Position numbers and translations under genes: made by a program. A stretch of 64,000 nt of DNA from Candidatus Woesearchaeota archaeon. GTDB lineage: Archaea; Nanobdellota; Nanobdellia; Woesearchaeales; JAGVYF01. Of this stretch, positions 18,411 to 28,680 are shown in pieces; position 1 is the stretch's first letter, and every line of letters begins with the position of its first letter. The notes under the pieces were generated by a model. The model searched no databases. It saw only the letters and a list, made by a program, of their open reading frames with translations, and was not told the origin of the DNA. The stretch lies in contig JBAZLJ010000001.1 in assembly GCA_041650315.1 (NCBI GenBank), forward strand, positions 141,237 to 205,236. Reading direction: 5' to 3'.

Positions 18411-19789
18411 CATTAAAGCTATACAATACGCTTACGCGCAAGAAACAGGATTTCAAACCGATACATAAGAATGAAGTTGGTTTCTATAGCTGCGGGCCTA
18501 CTGTTTACAATTATGCACATATAGGCAATCTTCGTACATACATATTCAATGATACTTTGAAACGTGTCTTGATGTATGATGGTTTCAATGTAAGTCACGT
18601 AATGAATATCACAGATGTCGGACATCTTACTTCTGATGCGGATTCTGGCGAAGACAAGATGTTGAAAGGAGCTAAGCGCGAGCATAAATCAGTATGGGAT
18701 ATAGCTGAGTTCTATACCAATGCGTTCAAGGATGACATACATAAATTGAATATTTTAGATCCGACTGTATGGTGCAAAGCGACTGATCATATTAAAGAAA
18801 TGGTTGAGTTGATCAAGAAGATTGAAGCAAAAGGTTATGCTTACACTGCCGGTGGAAATGTTTATTTTGATACTTCAAAGTTTAAGAAATATGGAAAATT
18901 AGCTGGTCTGAAATTGGATGATCTGAAAGCTGGCGCTAGAATTGATGTTGATGTCGAGAAAAAGAATCCACGCGATTTCGCTCTTTGGTTTACAAAATCC
19001 AAGTTTGAAGATCAAGAGATGAAATGGAATAGCCCTTGGGGCGTTGGTTATCCTGGTTGGCATATTGAATGCTCAGCTATGTCTATGAAATATCTCGGCA
19101 CTCATTTTGATATACATACCGGCGGAATCGATCATATTCCTGTGCATCATACCAATGAGATTGCGCAATCGGAAGCGGCTACAGGTAAAAAGTGGGTTAA
19201 TTATTGGTTGCATGGCGAATTCCTTGTGATGGATAAGGGTAAGATGTCTAAGTCAGGAGATAGTTTCATTACGCTTTCTACTATTATTGAAAAAGGATAT
19301 GATCCTCTCGCATATAGGTATTTCTGTTTAGGTTCGCATTATAGAACGCCGTTGACTTTCAGTTATGAAGGTCTTGATGGTGCGAAGAATGCTTATCACA
19401 ATCTGAAGAATAAAGTTTTGGAGATACGCGGTTTGGATCTTCCTGGAAGCGATGGCAAGAATTACGTCTCTCAGTTCGAGGAGTACATCAATGACGATTT
19501 GAATATGCCTAGAGCGCTTGCAGTCATGTGGGAGCTTGTGAAAGATGAAAGCGTTTCTTCTAAGGATAAGTATAACGCTTTATTGCTATTTGACTCTGTA
19601 TTCGGTCTTAAATTGGATATGATTCACGCAGAGACTGTTCCTGCCGCAGTCATGAAACTAGTGCATGAACGCGAGACTGCGCGTGCTGCTAAAGACTGGA
19701 AGAAGTCCGATCATCTGCGTGATGAAGTTAAGAAGCACGGATATTTAGTAGAAGATTCTAAAGACGGCGTTAAGGTTAAGAAGATATAA
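18407..19789 (+). CDS. cysS: Cysteinyl-tRNA synthetase
   Basis: 460 aa; HIGN (HIGH) and KMSKS motifs, [13 protein letters not shown]. Confidence 0.9.
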   Translation: MTLKLYNTLTRKKQDFKPIHKNEVGFYSCGPTVYNYAHIGNLRTYIFNDTLKRVLMYDGFNVSHVMNITDVGHLTSDADSGEDKMLKGAKREHKSVWDIAEFYTNAFKDDIHKLNILDPTVWCKATDHIKEMVELIKKIEAKGYAYTAGGNVYFDTSKFKKYGKLAGLKLDDLKAGARIDVDVEKKNPRDFALWFTKSKFEDQEMKWNSPWGVGYPGWHIECSAMSMKYLGTHFDIHTGGIDHIPVHHTNEIAQSEAATGKKWVNYWLHGEFLVMDKGKMSKSGDSFITLSTIIEKGYDPLAYRYFCLGSHYRTPLTFSYEGLDGAKNAYHNLKNKVLEIRGLDLPGSDGKNYVSQFEEYINDDLNMPRALAVMWELVKDESVSSKDKYNALLLFDSVFGLKLDMIHAETVPAAVMKLVHERETARAAKDWKKSDHLRDEVKKHGYLVEDSKDGVKVKKI

Positions 19790-22249
19790 TTAATTAGTTG
19801 GTTCTATAACTTTTGCTAAAATTATCTTAATTGATATTGGGAAATTCTCACATTTGATCATGTCTGGTTCGTGCTTGCCGAATTTTATCGCTTTTGTTTT
19901 AATAACAGCCTTCAAATCTTCTGCGCCTGCGAGTATAAGTTTTTCATGATCTGATTGTTCACAGTTAATTGTAATGCTTTCTAAATCTGCTTTGATTGAT
20001 AGGCTTGCCTGCGCCTTGAATTTCCTGACTACATTGATTATATCAATCATCATGTCGCCAGCGAGTTCTGCTTTTTCGTCGACCAATGCGTTATCTGCCT
20101 TAGGCCATTGCGAGATATGGATACTGTCGCATCTTTCTTTTTCTGCGAAATATGATAAGTAGACTGATTCTGTAATATGCGGCATGATTGGAGCGAAAAG
20201 TTTCAATACGTTCAGCAAACTTGTATATAATGCATATTGTGCCGCGTTCCTTTCTTCTACGCCCCTTATCTCTGGATTGTACAATCTTTCTTTTACAATT
20301 TCTAGATAATTGTCACACAAGGTGTGCCAGAAGAATATGTCCACTTCGGATTTAGGTTTTGAATAATCGTAGGATTCAAATGCTTCTGTTGACGTCGCTA
20401 TAAGTTTTTGTAGTTTGCTTAATATCCATTTGTCCATTATCTGGAGCTTTGGTTTTGATAAATGGTAATCCTGTAAATGCATGAATGCGAATTTAGATGC
20501 GTTCCATAATTTGGTGACTGTTTTCTTGCCAGTCATTAGATCTTTTTCTTGGAACGGCATATCTTCGCCTAGTTTGGAGCCTGCTGCCCAGTATCTCAAT
20601 GCGTCAGCGCCGTATTTGTCAACCATCAGCTGCGGTTCTATGGTATTGCCTTTGGATTTGGACATCTTCTTCCCGTGCGGGTCAAGTGCCCAACCTGAGA
20701 TGACGATGTTCTCCCAAGGATTGACATTGTTGTGCATTTGGCTCTTTACCATTGTGTTGAATAACCAGAAGCTAATGATGTCGTGCGCCTGAGGTCTCAA
20801 TGACATTGGATAAAGTTTTGTGAATATCTTATGGTCTTTGAAAAGTTCTGTTGATAACTGCGGTGATAGTGATGACGTCGCCCATGTATCCAAGACATCT
20901 TTTTCAGGGATAAATTCTTTCGATCCGCATTTTGGGCAAGGCGTTTTCGGATTACTAGTTAATGGATCTATTGGTAAGTCTTTTTCGTCCGCTAGAATCA
21001 CATTCTCGCATTTCTTGCAGTACCATACTGGAAATGGAACTCCGAAATATCTTTGTCTAGAGATGCACCAGTCCCATTGCAAGCCAAGTATCCAGTTGTC
21101 TAATCTTGATTTCATATAAGGCGGATACCAATTCATCTGCCTGCCTGCTTCTAGAAATTTTTCTCTTAAGTCAAGATATTTGATGAACCATTGCTTAGTC
21201 TCTAGGATTTCAATAGGTGTTCCACATCTTTCGTGCACATTCACTGTATGGGATATTTGTTTTTGTCCAGTCAATAGATTTTCGGCTTTAAGGTCTTCGA
21301 TGACTTCTTTCCTTGCTTCGGCAATCTTCATGCCTTTGTATTTGCCGGTAAGATCTGTCATCTTGCCGTCTTTTGTGATTGCGATTTTTAATGGGAGATT
21401 GTGAGCCTTGTACCATTCGATGTCAGTTTGGTCTCCGAATGTGCAGCACATGACTAAGCCAGTTCCTTTTTCAGGGTCTGCTCTTTCGTCTGCTAAAATA
21501 GGGACTTCGAAGTTCATTAATGGGACTTTAGCTTTTTTGCCGATTATATCTTTGTATCTTGTGTCAGTTGGATTTGCGAATAGTGCTACGCATGCAGGTA
21601 GCATTTCCGGTCTTGTTGTTGCGACGGTGAGTTCTTTGCCACCTATTTTGAATATGATATCGTTGAAATGTGAGGTAAGTTCTTTGTCTTCTAACTCTAC
21701 CTGCGCAATAGCAGTCTGGCATTCAGGGCACCAAATTGTCGGCGACTCTTTCCTGTACTCCCTTCCGTCTTTGTATAATTGGATGAAAGACCTTTGAGAG
21801 ATCCTTCTGCTATGATCATTGATAGTTGAGTAGAATATGTCCCAATCACATGAGATTCCGATTCTTTTCCAGTCGTCTACGAATTTCGGTCTTATTTCTT
21901 TTAATGTTTCTATGCAGAGCTGGATGAATTCTTCTCTTTTCATCATGCTAGCTTTGACTTTTTTTGTCTTTTCGATTAATCTTTCAGTTGGAAGTCCGTT
22001 ATCATCTGTTCCGAACGGATAGAATACGTTCTTTCCTGTCATCCTATGATATCTGACTATGAAGTCCTGTTGTGAGTATGAGAATGAATGGCCCAAATGC
22101 ATCGCGCCTGACACTGTTGGTGGAGGTGTATCTACAGAATAAACTGGCCTGGTTGAGTTAGGATTGAATTTGTAGATTCCTTTCTCTTGCCAGAGCTTCT
22201 GAATCCTAGGTTCGTCCACTTTCGCGTCATAATTGACTACGTTATCCAT
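19790..22249 (-). CDS. valS: Valyl-tRNA synthetase
   Basis: 819 aa; PPPTVSGAMHLGH, PFGTDDNGLPTE, KMSKSKGN. Confidence 0.8.
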   Translation of the reverse strand: MDNVVNYDAKVDEPRIQKLWQEKGIYKFNPNSTRPVYSVDTPPPTVSGAMHLGHSFSYSQQDFIVRYHRMTGKNVFYPFGTDDNGLPTERLIEKTKKVKASMMKREEFIQLCIETLKEIRPKFVDDWKRIGISCDWDIFYSTINDHSRRISQRSFIQLYKDGREYRKESPTIWCPECQTAIAQVELEDKELTSHFNDIIFKIGGKELTVATTRPEMLPACVALFANPTDTRYKDIIGKKAKVPLMNFEVPILADERADPEKGTGLVMCCTFGDQTDIEWYKAHNLPLKIAITKDGKMTDLTGKYKGMKIAEARKEVIEDLKAENLLTGQKQISHTVNVHERCGTPIEILETKQWFIKYLDLREKFLEAGRQMNWYPPYMKSRLDNWILGLQWDWCISRQRYFGVPFPVWYCKKCENVILADEKDLPIDPLTSNPKTPCPKCGSKEFIPEKDVLDTWATSSLSPQLSTELFKDHKIFTKLYPMSLRPQAHDIISFWLFNTMVKSQMHNNVNPWENIVISGWALDPHGKKMSKSKGNTIEPQLMVDKYGADALRYWAAGSKLGEDMPFQEKDLMTGKKTVTKLWNASKFAFMHLQDYHLSKPKLQIMDKWILSKLQKLIATSTEAFESYDYSKPKSEVDIFFWHTLCDNYLEIVKERLYNPEIRGVEERNAAQYALYTSLLNVLKLFAPIMPHITESVYLSYFAEKERCDSIHISQWPKADNALVDEKAELAGDMMIDIINVVRKFKAQASLSIKADLESITINCEQSDHEKLILAGAEDLKAVIKTKAIKFGKHEPDMIKCENFPISIKIILAKVIEPTN

Positions 22250-22350
22250 AGCATCGGTGTATACATGGCGGATTTAAAAAGGTTACTAGAATTCATATAT
22301 AGGGTAGCAATCATAAATGTATAAATATGAGTAAAGAGTAATTCTATATT

Positions 22351-23562
22351 ATGGCCGCAGACACATGGACTAAGAAGTATGCGCCTAAGAAAGGCGCGGA
22401 AGTTGTAGGTCAGGATAAGGCGATTACTGCACTGAAGACTTTCGTTGTCAATTTTAAGAACGCTAAACGTCGCGGTCTTATTCTGTATGGTCCGCCTGGT
22501 TGCGGAAAGACTTCTTCAGTTTATGCAATTGCTAATGAACTTGCTAAAGAAATCATTGAAGTGAATGCTTCAGATTGCAGAAATAAAGATGCGATTGATG
22601 CGGTTGTTGGTTCTGCTTCGAAGCAGACTTCTCTTTTTTTCAGGGGCAAGATTATACTTGTGGATGAGCTTGACGGAGTATCCGGCATGAATGATCGCGG
22701 TGGAGTGGCTGCAATAGCCGATATTGTGAAAACAACTTCATTTCCTATCGTAATTACTGCGAATAATCCTTTCGATGAGAAGTTTTCATCTCTGCGCAAG
22801 GTGTGCGATTCAACGGAGTTTGTTGAGATGGATTGCAATAATGCATTTGCGATTTTACGAAAGATAGCTGACGCCGAAAAGTTGAAATGCGAAGATGCTG
22901 ATCTGAAATCACTCGCTCGACGTTCTGGCGGCGATTTGCGCGGAGCGATCACTGATTTGCAGATATTGACAACTGTCGGCGGCGTTTTCGATAAGAACGC
23001 TCTTGATGATCTTGAAGGGAGGAAGCAGACTGAATCAATGCCGACTGCTCTGACTAAGGTATTGAAAACGACTGATCCGAAAATTGCACTTACTGCATTC
23101 GAGAATGTGAATGAGGATGTGGATGAGCAGATGATGTGGGTCGATTATAATCTTGGCATGGAATATACAAAAGCTGAGGATTTGTATCGCGCTTATACTT
23201 CACTTGCGAAGGCTGACATATTTAGTCATCGTATTAGACGATGGATGCATTGGAGATATCTTGTATATGTCGGCGCTTTGATGACTGCAGGTGTCGCTGT
23301 GGCGAAGGATGAGAAGTACAAGTTCGTAGGATACAAACCGACTTCGCGTATCTTGAAGATATGGGGCGCGAATATGAGAAACGCGAAAAAGAAAGCGATT
23401 GCTGAGAAAATCGCTGAACATACACACACTTCCAAGAAGGTTGTGATTCGCGATGTTATGCCTTATTTACAAGTCGCTTTTAAGAATGATGCTAATATGT
23501 GCAAATCTGTTTCTGAAGAGCTTGATCTGAGTTCGGAAGAAGTTGATTGGCTGAAGAAGTAA
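22351..23562 (+). CDS. rfcL: Replication factor C large subunit
   Basis: 403 aa; WTKKYAPK...LILYGPPGCGKTS AAA+ clamp-loader N-terminus. Confidence 0.85.
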   Translation: MAADTWTKKYAPKKGAEVVGQDKAITALKTFVVNFKNAKRRGLILYGPPGCGKTSSVYAIANELAKEIIEVNASDCRNKDAIDAVVGSASKQTSLFFRGKIILVDELDGVSGMNDRGGVAAIADIVKTTSFPIVITANNPFDEKFSSLRKVCDSTEFVEMDCNNAFAILRKIADAEKLKCEDADLKSLARRSGGDLRGAITDLQILTTVGGVFDKNALDDLEGRKQTESMPTALTKVLKTTDPKIALTAFENVNEDVDEQMMWVDYNLGMEYTKAEDLYRAYTSLAKADIFSHRIRRWMHWRYLVYVGALMTAGVAVAKDEKYKFVGYKPTSRILKIWGANMRNAKKKAIAEKIAEHTHTSKKVVIRDVMPYLQVAFKNDANMCKSVSEELDLSSEEVDWLKK

Positions 23563-23587
23563 TTTAACTATTATAATTGTTGAATTC

Positions 23588-24001
23588 TTATAATCTATTT
23601 TTATATTTGATAATTAATTCACGTACGCCTAAAACTAAATCTTTTTCTAATATTTCGTCAATTGAGAAATAGCTTACCTTTTGTCCTTCATTTAAATTAA
23701 TCTCATGCAGTTCTGCATCAATCAATGCTTTAAATATGTAAATATCGATGTTATAATCCTTTTCTTGAATTCTTTGCGTATGTTGAATCTTTGTGACCAA
23801 ATCAACATTATAAATGTCAGTACCAATTTCTTCTCTAATTTCCCTGATCAATGCTTCTGTAGGATTCTCTCCTTCTTCAATCCCTCCGCCGAGTATTGAC
23901 CATTTATTAGGGTTGGGAATAGTTGGTTTATTATCTCGTAAGACGAATAGATATTTATCCAATTTTGGATTTTTCAGAAAAACTTTAGCACCAGGTAACA
24001 T
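23588..24001 (-). CDS. NUDIX hydrolase
   Basis: 137 aa; Nudix box GGGIEEGENPTEALIREIREEIG. Confidence 0.8.
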   Translation of the reverse strand: MLPGAKVFLKNPKLDKYLFVLRDNKPTIPNPNKWSILGGGIEEGENPTEALIREIREEIGTDIYNVDLVTKIQHTQRIQEKDYNIDIYIFKALIDAELHEINLNEGQKVSYFSIDEILEKDLVLGVRELIIKYKNRL

Positions 24002-24048
24002 ATTAGGAAATATTATAATTAGATATAAAAAGATGCCTAAATATAAAA

Positions 24049-24122
24049 AGGAGGTACTGGGATTTGAACCCAGAGGTTATCGGGTTGCAGCCGATTGCCT
24101 TACCGGATTTGGCGATACCTCC
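24049..24122 (-). tRNA. tRNA-Cys (anticodon GCA), discriminator U73
   Basis: Manual cloverleaf: acceptor GGAGGUA/UACCUCC, anticodon stem AUCGG/CCGAU, loop CUGCAAC (anticodon at 24086-24088), T-arm CUGGG-UUCAAAU-CCCAG. Confidence 0.85.
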
Positions 24123-24252
24123 AGCTTTTTGACTCCGCTGCGCTCCGCAAAAACCTGGGAAAACAACGCAAGTGGGGTATTACTACGTAAACCCCACGAA
24201 GAGTTAATTCTTCATATTTATAACGATTTATTGTCTTTGGTGAATATAAAAA
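24123..24252 (-). other. 130-nt GC-enriched spacer between two co-oriented tRNA genes with strong hairpins (possible small RNA / processed spacer)
   Basis: GUGGGGUUUACGUAGUAAUACCCCAC hairpin and a GCGGAGCGCAGCGGAG block; no TATA box within 40 nt upstream of tRNA-Cys. Confidence 0.3.
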
Positions 24253-24359
24253 ACGCACTCGGGAGGATTTGAACCCCCGATCTACAGCTTAGAAGGCTCT
24301 AGCGAAAAGGCAATTATTTACTGCCATTTTGTCGCCTTATCCAGGCTAGGCTACGAGTG
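24253..24359 (-). tRNA. Intron-containing tRNA, best read as tRNA-Arg (anticodon UCU); 32-nt intron at non-canonical position 29/30 (~24297-24328)
   Basis: Acceptor GCACUCG/CGAGUGC, D-arm GCCU/AGGC with GG18-19, T-arm GGGGG-UUCAAAU-CCUCC. Only removal of AAAUGGCAGUAAAUAAUUGCCUUUUCGCUAGA gives a perfect anticodon stem ACAGC/GCUGU with loop CUUCUAA (anticodon at 24290-24292). Own TATA box ~30 nt upstream. Confidence 0.6.
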
Positions 24360-24406
24360 CATATATAAACGAAAGAAATAAGCGATTTATAAATATAGCG
24401 GTAAAT

Positions 24407-25498
24407 CTAATCCAAGAACTTCTTTTTCTTGATCTTTTCAGGCAGATATGTATCTGAGATGAATGTGATACCTCTTGCGCTCATAGCCTGAATCTCGGCT
24501 TTTGCCTTGAAGTCTTTCATCTTCTTGAACTGTTTCTGCCATGCTGCATTGTCCTTAAACCAAGGATATTCTGACATCTGTTTAAGCCTGCTGATGTCAA
24601 CGTCTTTTAGTTTGATGAAATGTTTTTGAAGTCCGTAATCTTCAATATCTTCTGCCATGATGCCTAGGAATTTGGCTTCAGGTATAGCTAGTTTCTCTGA
24701 CATGTGAGCAAGACTGATGGAACCGAATTTCAATACTGAGTATATGTAGAAACCCCATGGATCAAAATCTGCAAGCACATAGATCGGGAGCTTGTGCTCT
24801 TTCGCTAATCTCTGGAGCAATCTTCTGATGCCTCTCGTAGTCTGGCCTTGAGATGTTACAATGATACAGTTCTGTTTCTTCCAGAATTTATCTTCATGAA
24901 GACGTTCCCAGACTGCCTGTTTCTCCATGTAAATCACGTAATCTGCTTTGACTTCTTTGAATTCGATATTTTCAACATTTGACGGGATTGACCAACCACC
25001 TGAACCTAGTTTTGACCAGTTGATTGTATCTTCTCCGTCTATGATTGTGACGTTTCCTGCAACTGAACCCATTTTGTTTGCGTTGATGTTCAATTCTTCC
25101 CTTGAGCAGTCTGTCATCAATTCTAGATCTTCCAATGATTTGTCTGATTCTGACTGATCGTCAACAATGTTAGCATTAGTGCCAGGTATATTCCTTTTGG
25201 CCATGTAGAACACATCCCTTAAGCTGGCGTGTTTGGATATCTCTAGGAGCTGTTTTGCGATTTTCGCTACCTCTAGCGTCTGCATGAATTTCTTCGCATG
25301 ACCGACATTGAAGAAACTTCTTTTAGCAAGGTTTTCGCCTAGCATCAATCTTTTCTTCTTTTCGTCAAATTGGACGTTTGATAATGCGCGCGTTCCGAAT
25401 TCTATTGTAGGATTTTTCGCGCTCTTTACATCTTTCAGTAGTCCTTTACCGAGTTTTTGCAATTCAGATAATGCTTTCTTTTCACTCATCTGAATCAC
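24407..25498 (-). CDS. top6A: DNA topoisomerase VI subunit A (Spo11-like)
   Basis: 363 aa; toprim motif YVLADFDPWGFYIY. Confidence 0.9.
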   Translation of the reverse strand: MIQMSEKKALSELQKLGKGLLKDVKSAKNPTIEFGTRALSNVQFDEKKKRLMLGENLAKRSFFNVGHAKKFMQTLEVAKIAKQLLEISKHASLRDVFYMAKRNIPGTNANIVDDQSESDKSLEDLELMTDCSREELNINANKMGSVAGNVTIIDGEDTINWSKLGSGGWSIPSNVENIEFKEVKADYVIYMEKQAVWERLHEDKFWKKQNCIIVTSQGQTTRGIRRLLQRLAKEHKLPIYVLADFDPWGFYIYSVLKFGSISLAHMSEKLAIPEAKFLGIMAEDIEDYGLQKHFIKLKDVDISRLKQMSEYPWFKDNAAWQKQFKKMKDFKAKAEIQAMSARGITFISDTYLPEKIKKKKFLD

Positions 25499-27176
25499 CT
25501 TTTTTATCTTTCACTTCTTCCTCTTCATCTTCTTTGTAATCGCCTAATTTATATTTCTGATCTTCTTCATCGATGGTATTAATCTGTTCCTGGAATTCAG
25601 GTTTCTTGACCATCTTTTGGAAATCTGCAAGAAGTTCTTGCATTTTAGTATCTGATAAGTATGCGATGGATTCCGCTACAATCGGCAAGTATTTCTCAAA
25701 TATGTTCACTCTTTCCAGCTGTTCTTTCATTTTTCTTTTCTTTCTTACATAACTGGCGAGTTCTCTGCCGCATTCCTGCAATCCTAATCTCATCTCTTTG
25801 ATGATCTCAGGATAATGTGCAATCGCTTCTTTGCTTTCAGATGTGAACGGAACCCAGACTGATGCTATGTGAATCACGACCGAGACTGGTCCGACTGGCA
25901 ATGAGCCTTGACTCTGACTAAGTCCGTACTGTCTCCAATTCATACCTGAAATAGCTTTGAATGTAGAACATCCTGATTGCTGGAATAGTAAAGGAACTCT
26001 GTTAGCGAATCTCAACAACCTCATCGGCTCTTCGGATGATTGATTTCCGCCGTATGCCAATCCTACTTCGATCTGGAACGGATTTCCCCTGTAAACTGCA
26101 GGAGGTCTTGTGTTAGAAGTGTAAAATTCTGCTTCAATCTCTTTTTTCAATCCGCCCTTCAATGTTTCTGCGCCAATCGGCGAGATGCAATCTGAAGGTG
26201 GTGAGAATAGTTTTGTATTTTTGATGCCTTCCATGAGTTTTTCAATCATCTCTCTGGATAATGATTTAGGTTTTGTGTTAGGCAATAGCGCTGAATTCTC
26301 GCAGATGGTTTTCGCGGCTCCTGCACCTACTCTACTGAATTCTGCAGTCAAGAATGCTTGAAGCGTCCTTGATTCTGTGTTTTCTAACATCTTCTGCATC
26401 AAGCCAAGTTCTACACCATATGGGTGCGGTTTGATCTCTAACGGCTTTTTCGGGAGCTTGTCTGTTGATCTTGCAAAAATTATCTGTTCTGCTTTAGGTG
26501 TTGTGTAAATTATAGTAGCGTGAGGATTAGTAATTGCTGTCTGCTTCAGATATTCGTCGATTGATTGATTGCCTTTCTGGTAGGTCGCTTCTAGGTCTAT
26601 CTCTACTCTTGTGCCGTGATCCTTTTCCCATTCAACAACTTCTTCTTTCAATACTTTCGGCGCGTTCTTCTGCGTGTCAAGCATGAGTTCTACGAAATTA
26701 GATGGATAATTTTTTCCAATTGTGGATGTTATTTTTGCAGCTCTTCCGGTTGTGAGCTGTCCGTACATGACTGCTGCGCTTATACCTATGCCTTGCTGGC
26801 CTCTTGACTGTTTCATTGAATGGAATTTGCTTCCGTACAATAGTTTAGCGAAAATCTTAGGAATCTGGTCTTTGACAATTCCTGGGCCATTATCTTCTAT
26901 GACAACACGGAATCTATCATTTTGCATGTCAATGACTTCAACAATGATTTCTGGCAGGATATTAGCCTCTTCGCACGCGTCCAACGAGTTGTCGACTGCT
27001 TCTTTAATTGCGGTCATCAATGCTTTTCTTTTGTTATCGAAGCCAAGCAAGTGCCTGTTCTTCGCGAAGAATTCTGCTACGCCGATATCACGCTGTTTTT
27101 TAGCGAGCTCTTGAGCTATTGGAGTCTCTTTCGGCTCTTTAGAAGGTTTAGCATCGTTGAGTGTCTTTTGTTCCAT
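25482..27176 (-). CDS. top6B: DNA topoisomerase VI subunit B (GHKL ATPase)
   Basis: 564 aa; Bergerat-fold motifs DNSLDACEE, EDNGPGI; overlaps top6A by 17 nt. Confidence 0.9.
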   Translation of the reverse strand: MEQKTLNDAKPSKEPKETPIAQELAKKQRDIGVAEFFAKNRHLLGFDNKRKALMTAIKEAVDNSLDACEEANILPEIIVEVIDMQNDRFRVVIEDNGPGIVKDQIPKIFAKLLYGSKFHSMKQSRGQQGIGISAAVMYGQLTTGRAAKITSTIGKNYPSNFVELMLDTQKNAPKVLKEEVVEWEKDHGTRVEIDLEATYQKGNQSIDEYLKQTAITNPHATIIYTTPKAEQIIFARSTDKLPKKPLEIKPHPYGVELGLMQKMLENTESRTLQAFLTAEFSRVGAGAAKTICENSALLPNTKPKSLSREMIEKLMEGIKNTKLFSPPSDCISPIGAETLKGGLKKEIEAEFYTSNTRPPAVYRGNPFQIEVGLAYGGNQSSEEPMRLLRFANRVPLLFQQSGCSTFKAISGMNWRQYGLSQSQGSLPVGPVSVVIHIASVWVPFTSESKEAIAHYPEIIKEMRLGLQECGRELASYVRKKRKMKEQLERVNIFEKYLPIVAESIAYLSDTKMQELLADFQKMVKKPEFQEQINTIDEEDQKYKLGDYKEDEEEEVKDKKGDSDE

Positions 27177-27235
27177 CGTATAGAATAAAAAATCGAGACT
27201 TTATAAATTTTTAGTTATTATCGGTTCTTAATCTT

Positions 27236-27263
27236 TAAGTCTGCAACGGATAATGTGGACTTA
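27236..27263. repeat. Short copy of the 'taagtctgcaacggataa' repeat family forming a hairpin (taagtc...gactta)
   Basis: Exact 20-mer shared with 34796-34816; lies immediately 3' of the KH-protein gene. Confidence 0.5.
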
Positions 27264-27273
27264 GAATTAGCAA

Positions 27274-27861
27274 TTATTCTTCTTTCGTATCTTCTTTAAT
27301 TTTAAGATTCTCTCTGAATTCTTCGTTATTTGTTATCTTTGATTCGTGTAACTGCGCTCTTTTTTTCTCAAGCCATTTGTAAACGGATGCATGAGGACTT
27401 CCTGTCAGCAATGCTTCGACTGCTTTCCTTGCGGTTGTCACATTTTCAGGCTCTCCGATTATAGCGATGGTTTTTCCATAGACCGAAATATAAGTTTCAG
27501 TGTGATCTTCAATTATGTTCCTTGTCTTGCCGTCTTTTCCGATGACTCTTCCTTTGATCCTGTTCAATGTGTTAGCATTCTTGGTGAAGTCATTCAAATT
27601 TATCATGTTAAGAATATAATCCGGTTTTAGTAATAATAATGCCACTTCGGGATTGAAACCGCGACCTACTGCTTTGACTATTTCTCTTGCAGAAAGCAGA
27701 CCTAATGGGTCAGAACCTTCGATAGTAACATCGCCTTCTTTAGAATCAATTATGAGTTTAGTATGGGTTGTCTCCTCGATCTTCTTCTTGGTTTCACCTG
27801 ATTTGCCAATTAGAACTGCGATTCTGATTTTCGGCGCTTTGGTTTCGTAGGAGTATTCCAT
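27274..27861 (-). CDS. KH-domain RNA-binding protein (aDim2/Pno1-like, two type-I KH domains)
   Basis: 195 aa; IGKSGETKKKIEE... and IGKDGKTRNIIED... GxxG KH loops; adjacent to rio1, a pairing conserved in archaea. Confidence 0.8.
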   Translation of the reverse strand: MEYSYETKAPKIRIAVLIGKSGETKKKIEETTHTKLIIDSKEGDVTIEGSDPLGLLSAREIVKAVGRGFNPEVALLLLKPDYILNMINLNDFTKNANTLNRIKGRVIGKDGKTRNIIEDHTETYISVYGKTIAIIGEPENVTTARKAVEALLTGSPHASVYKWLEKKRAQLHESKITNNEEFRENLKIKEDTKEE

Positions 27862-27960
27862 GGTGGTGATATGTCTTTTGCAGACATTATATACGATTGT
27901 ATATGATTAATTTAAAAAGCTGATGCTCTATTTAAAAGGCTTGCTATTTTAAAAAGCCAG

Positions 27961-28668
27961 TTATTTTCCGGTGACTTGTTTTTTTAGTTCTTCAGACGTT
28001 ATTTTCGCTCCGTGCTTTGTGAAGAATGTAGCAATGTTATGCACATCCTTGTCGAGCAGTTCTTTGGCGTTCTGCGTGCTTACCGGCATTGCCTGTGAAA
28101 AGTCTATGAATACTGGTTTCTCATTATAATTTAGGATATTGAATGAAGACAAATCGCCGTGCACAAGTCCTGCTTGGTACAGCTTTTTCATGTTCGAAAT
28201 GACCATTTCTAAGAATTTCTTAGGATTTTCAGGCGGATAATCTTTGAGTTTTGGCGCTACATCGTCATCGCCTATGAATTCCATGATAAGTATATTGTCT
28301 TTAATCACAATAGGTTTCGGGATTGATACTCCTGCTTCTCTTGCTTTCATAAGGTTCCTGAATTCCCTTTGGGTCCAAGCGAATATGATCTTCCTTTTGT
28401 GCTTCTTTAGCCAGAGATATCTTGGATCTGACCTAATGTAATCATACATCTTATTGAAATCGCAGGTTTCAAGCCTATGGATCTTGACTATGACCCTTTC
28501 GCCACTTTTAGTGCTTGCTGAGAATATGTGGGATTCCTTGCCTATGCTAATAGGGCTTTTAAGTTCAATGAAATGGCCTTTGCTGGAAAGCTCGAATAGA
28601 TCTCTATTTATGAATCCGTCAAATACCCCTTGGTATGTCTTCCAGGCTTCTTTTGTCTTTTTGACCAT
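27961..28668 (-). CDS. rio1: RIO-type serine kinase Rio1
   Basis: 235 aa; LVHGDLSSFNIL catalytic loop, IDFSQAM. Confidence 0.85.
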   Translation of the reverse strand: MVKKTKEAWKTYQGVFDGFINRDLFELSSKGHFIELKSPISIGKESHIFSASTKSGERVIVKIHRLETCDFNKMYDYIRSDPRYLWLKKHKRKIIFAWTQREFRNLMKAREAGVSIPKPIVIKDNILIMEFIGDDDVAPKLKDYPPENPKKFLEMVISNMKKLYQAGLVHGDLSSFNILNYNEKPVFIDFSQAMPVSTQNAKELLDKDVHNIATFFTKHGAKITSEELKKQVTGK

Positions 28669-28680
28669 ATTTCCTTTATA

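Noticed and set aside
23814-24272. 152-aa ORF spanning the tRNA-Cys / spacer / tRNA-Arg region
   Set aside because: Overlaps two well-folding tRNA genes; artefact of the six-frame scan.
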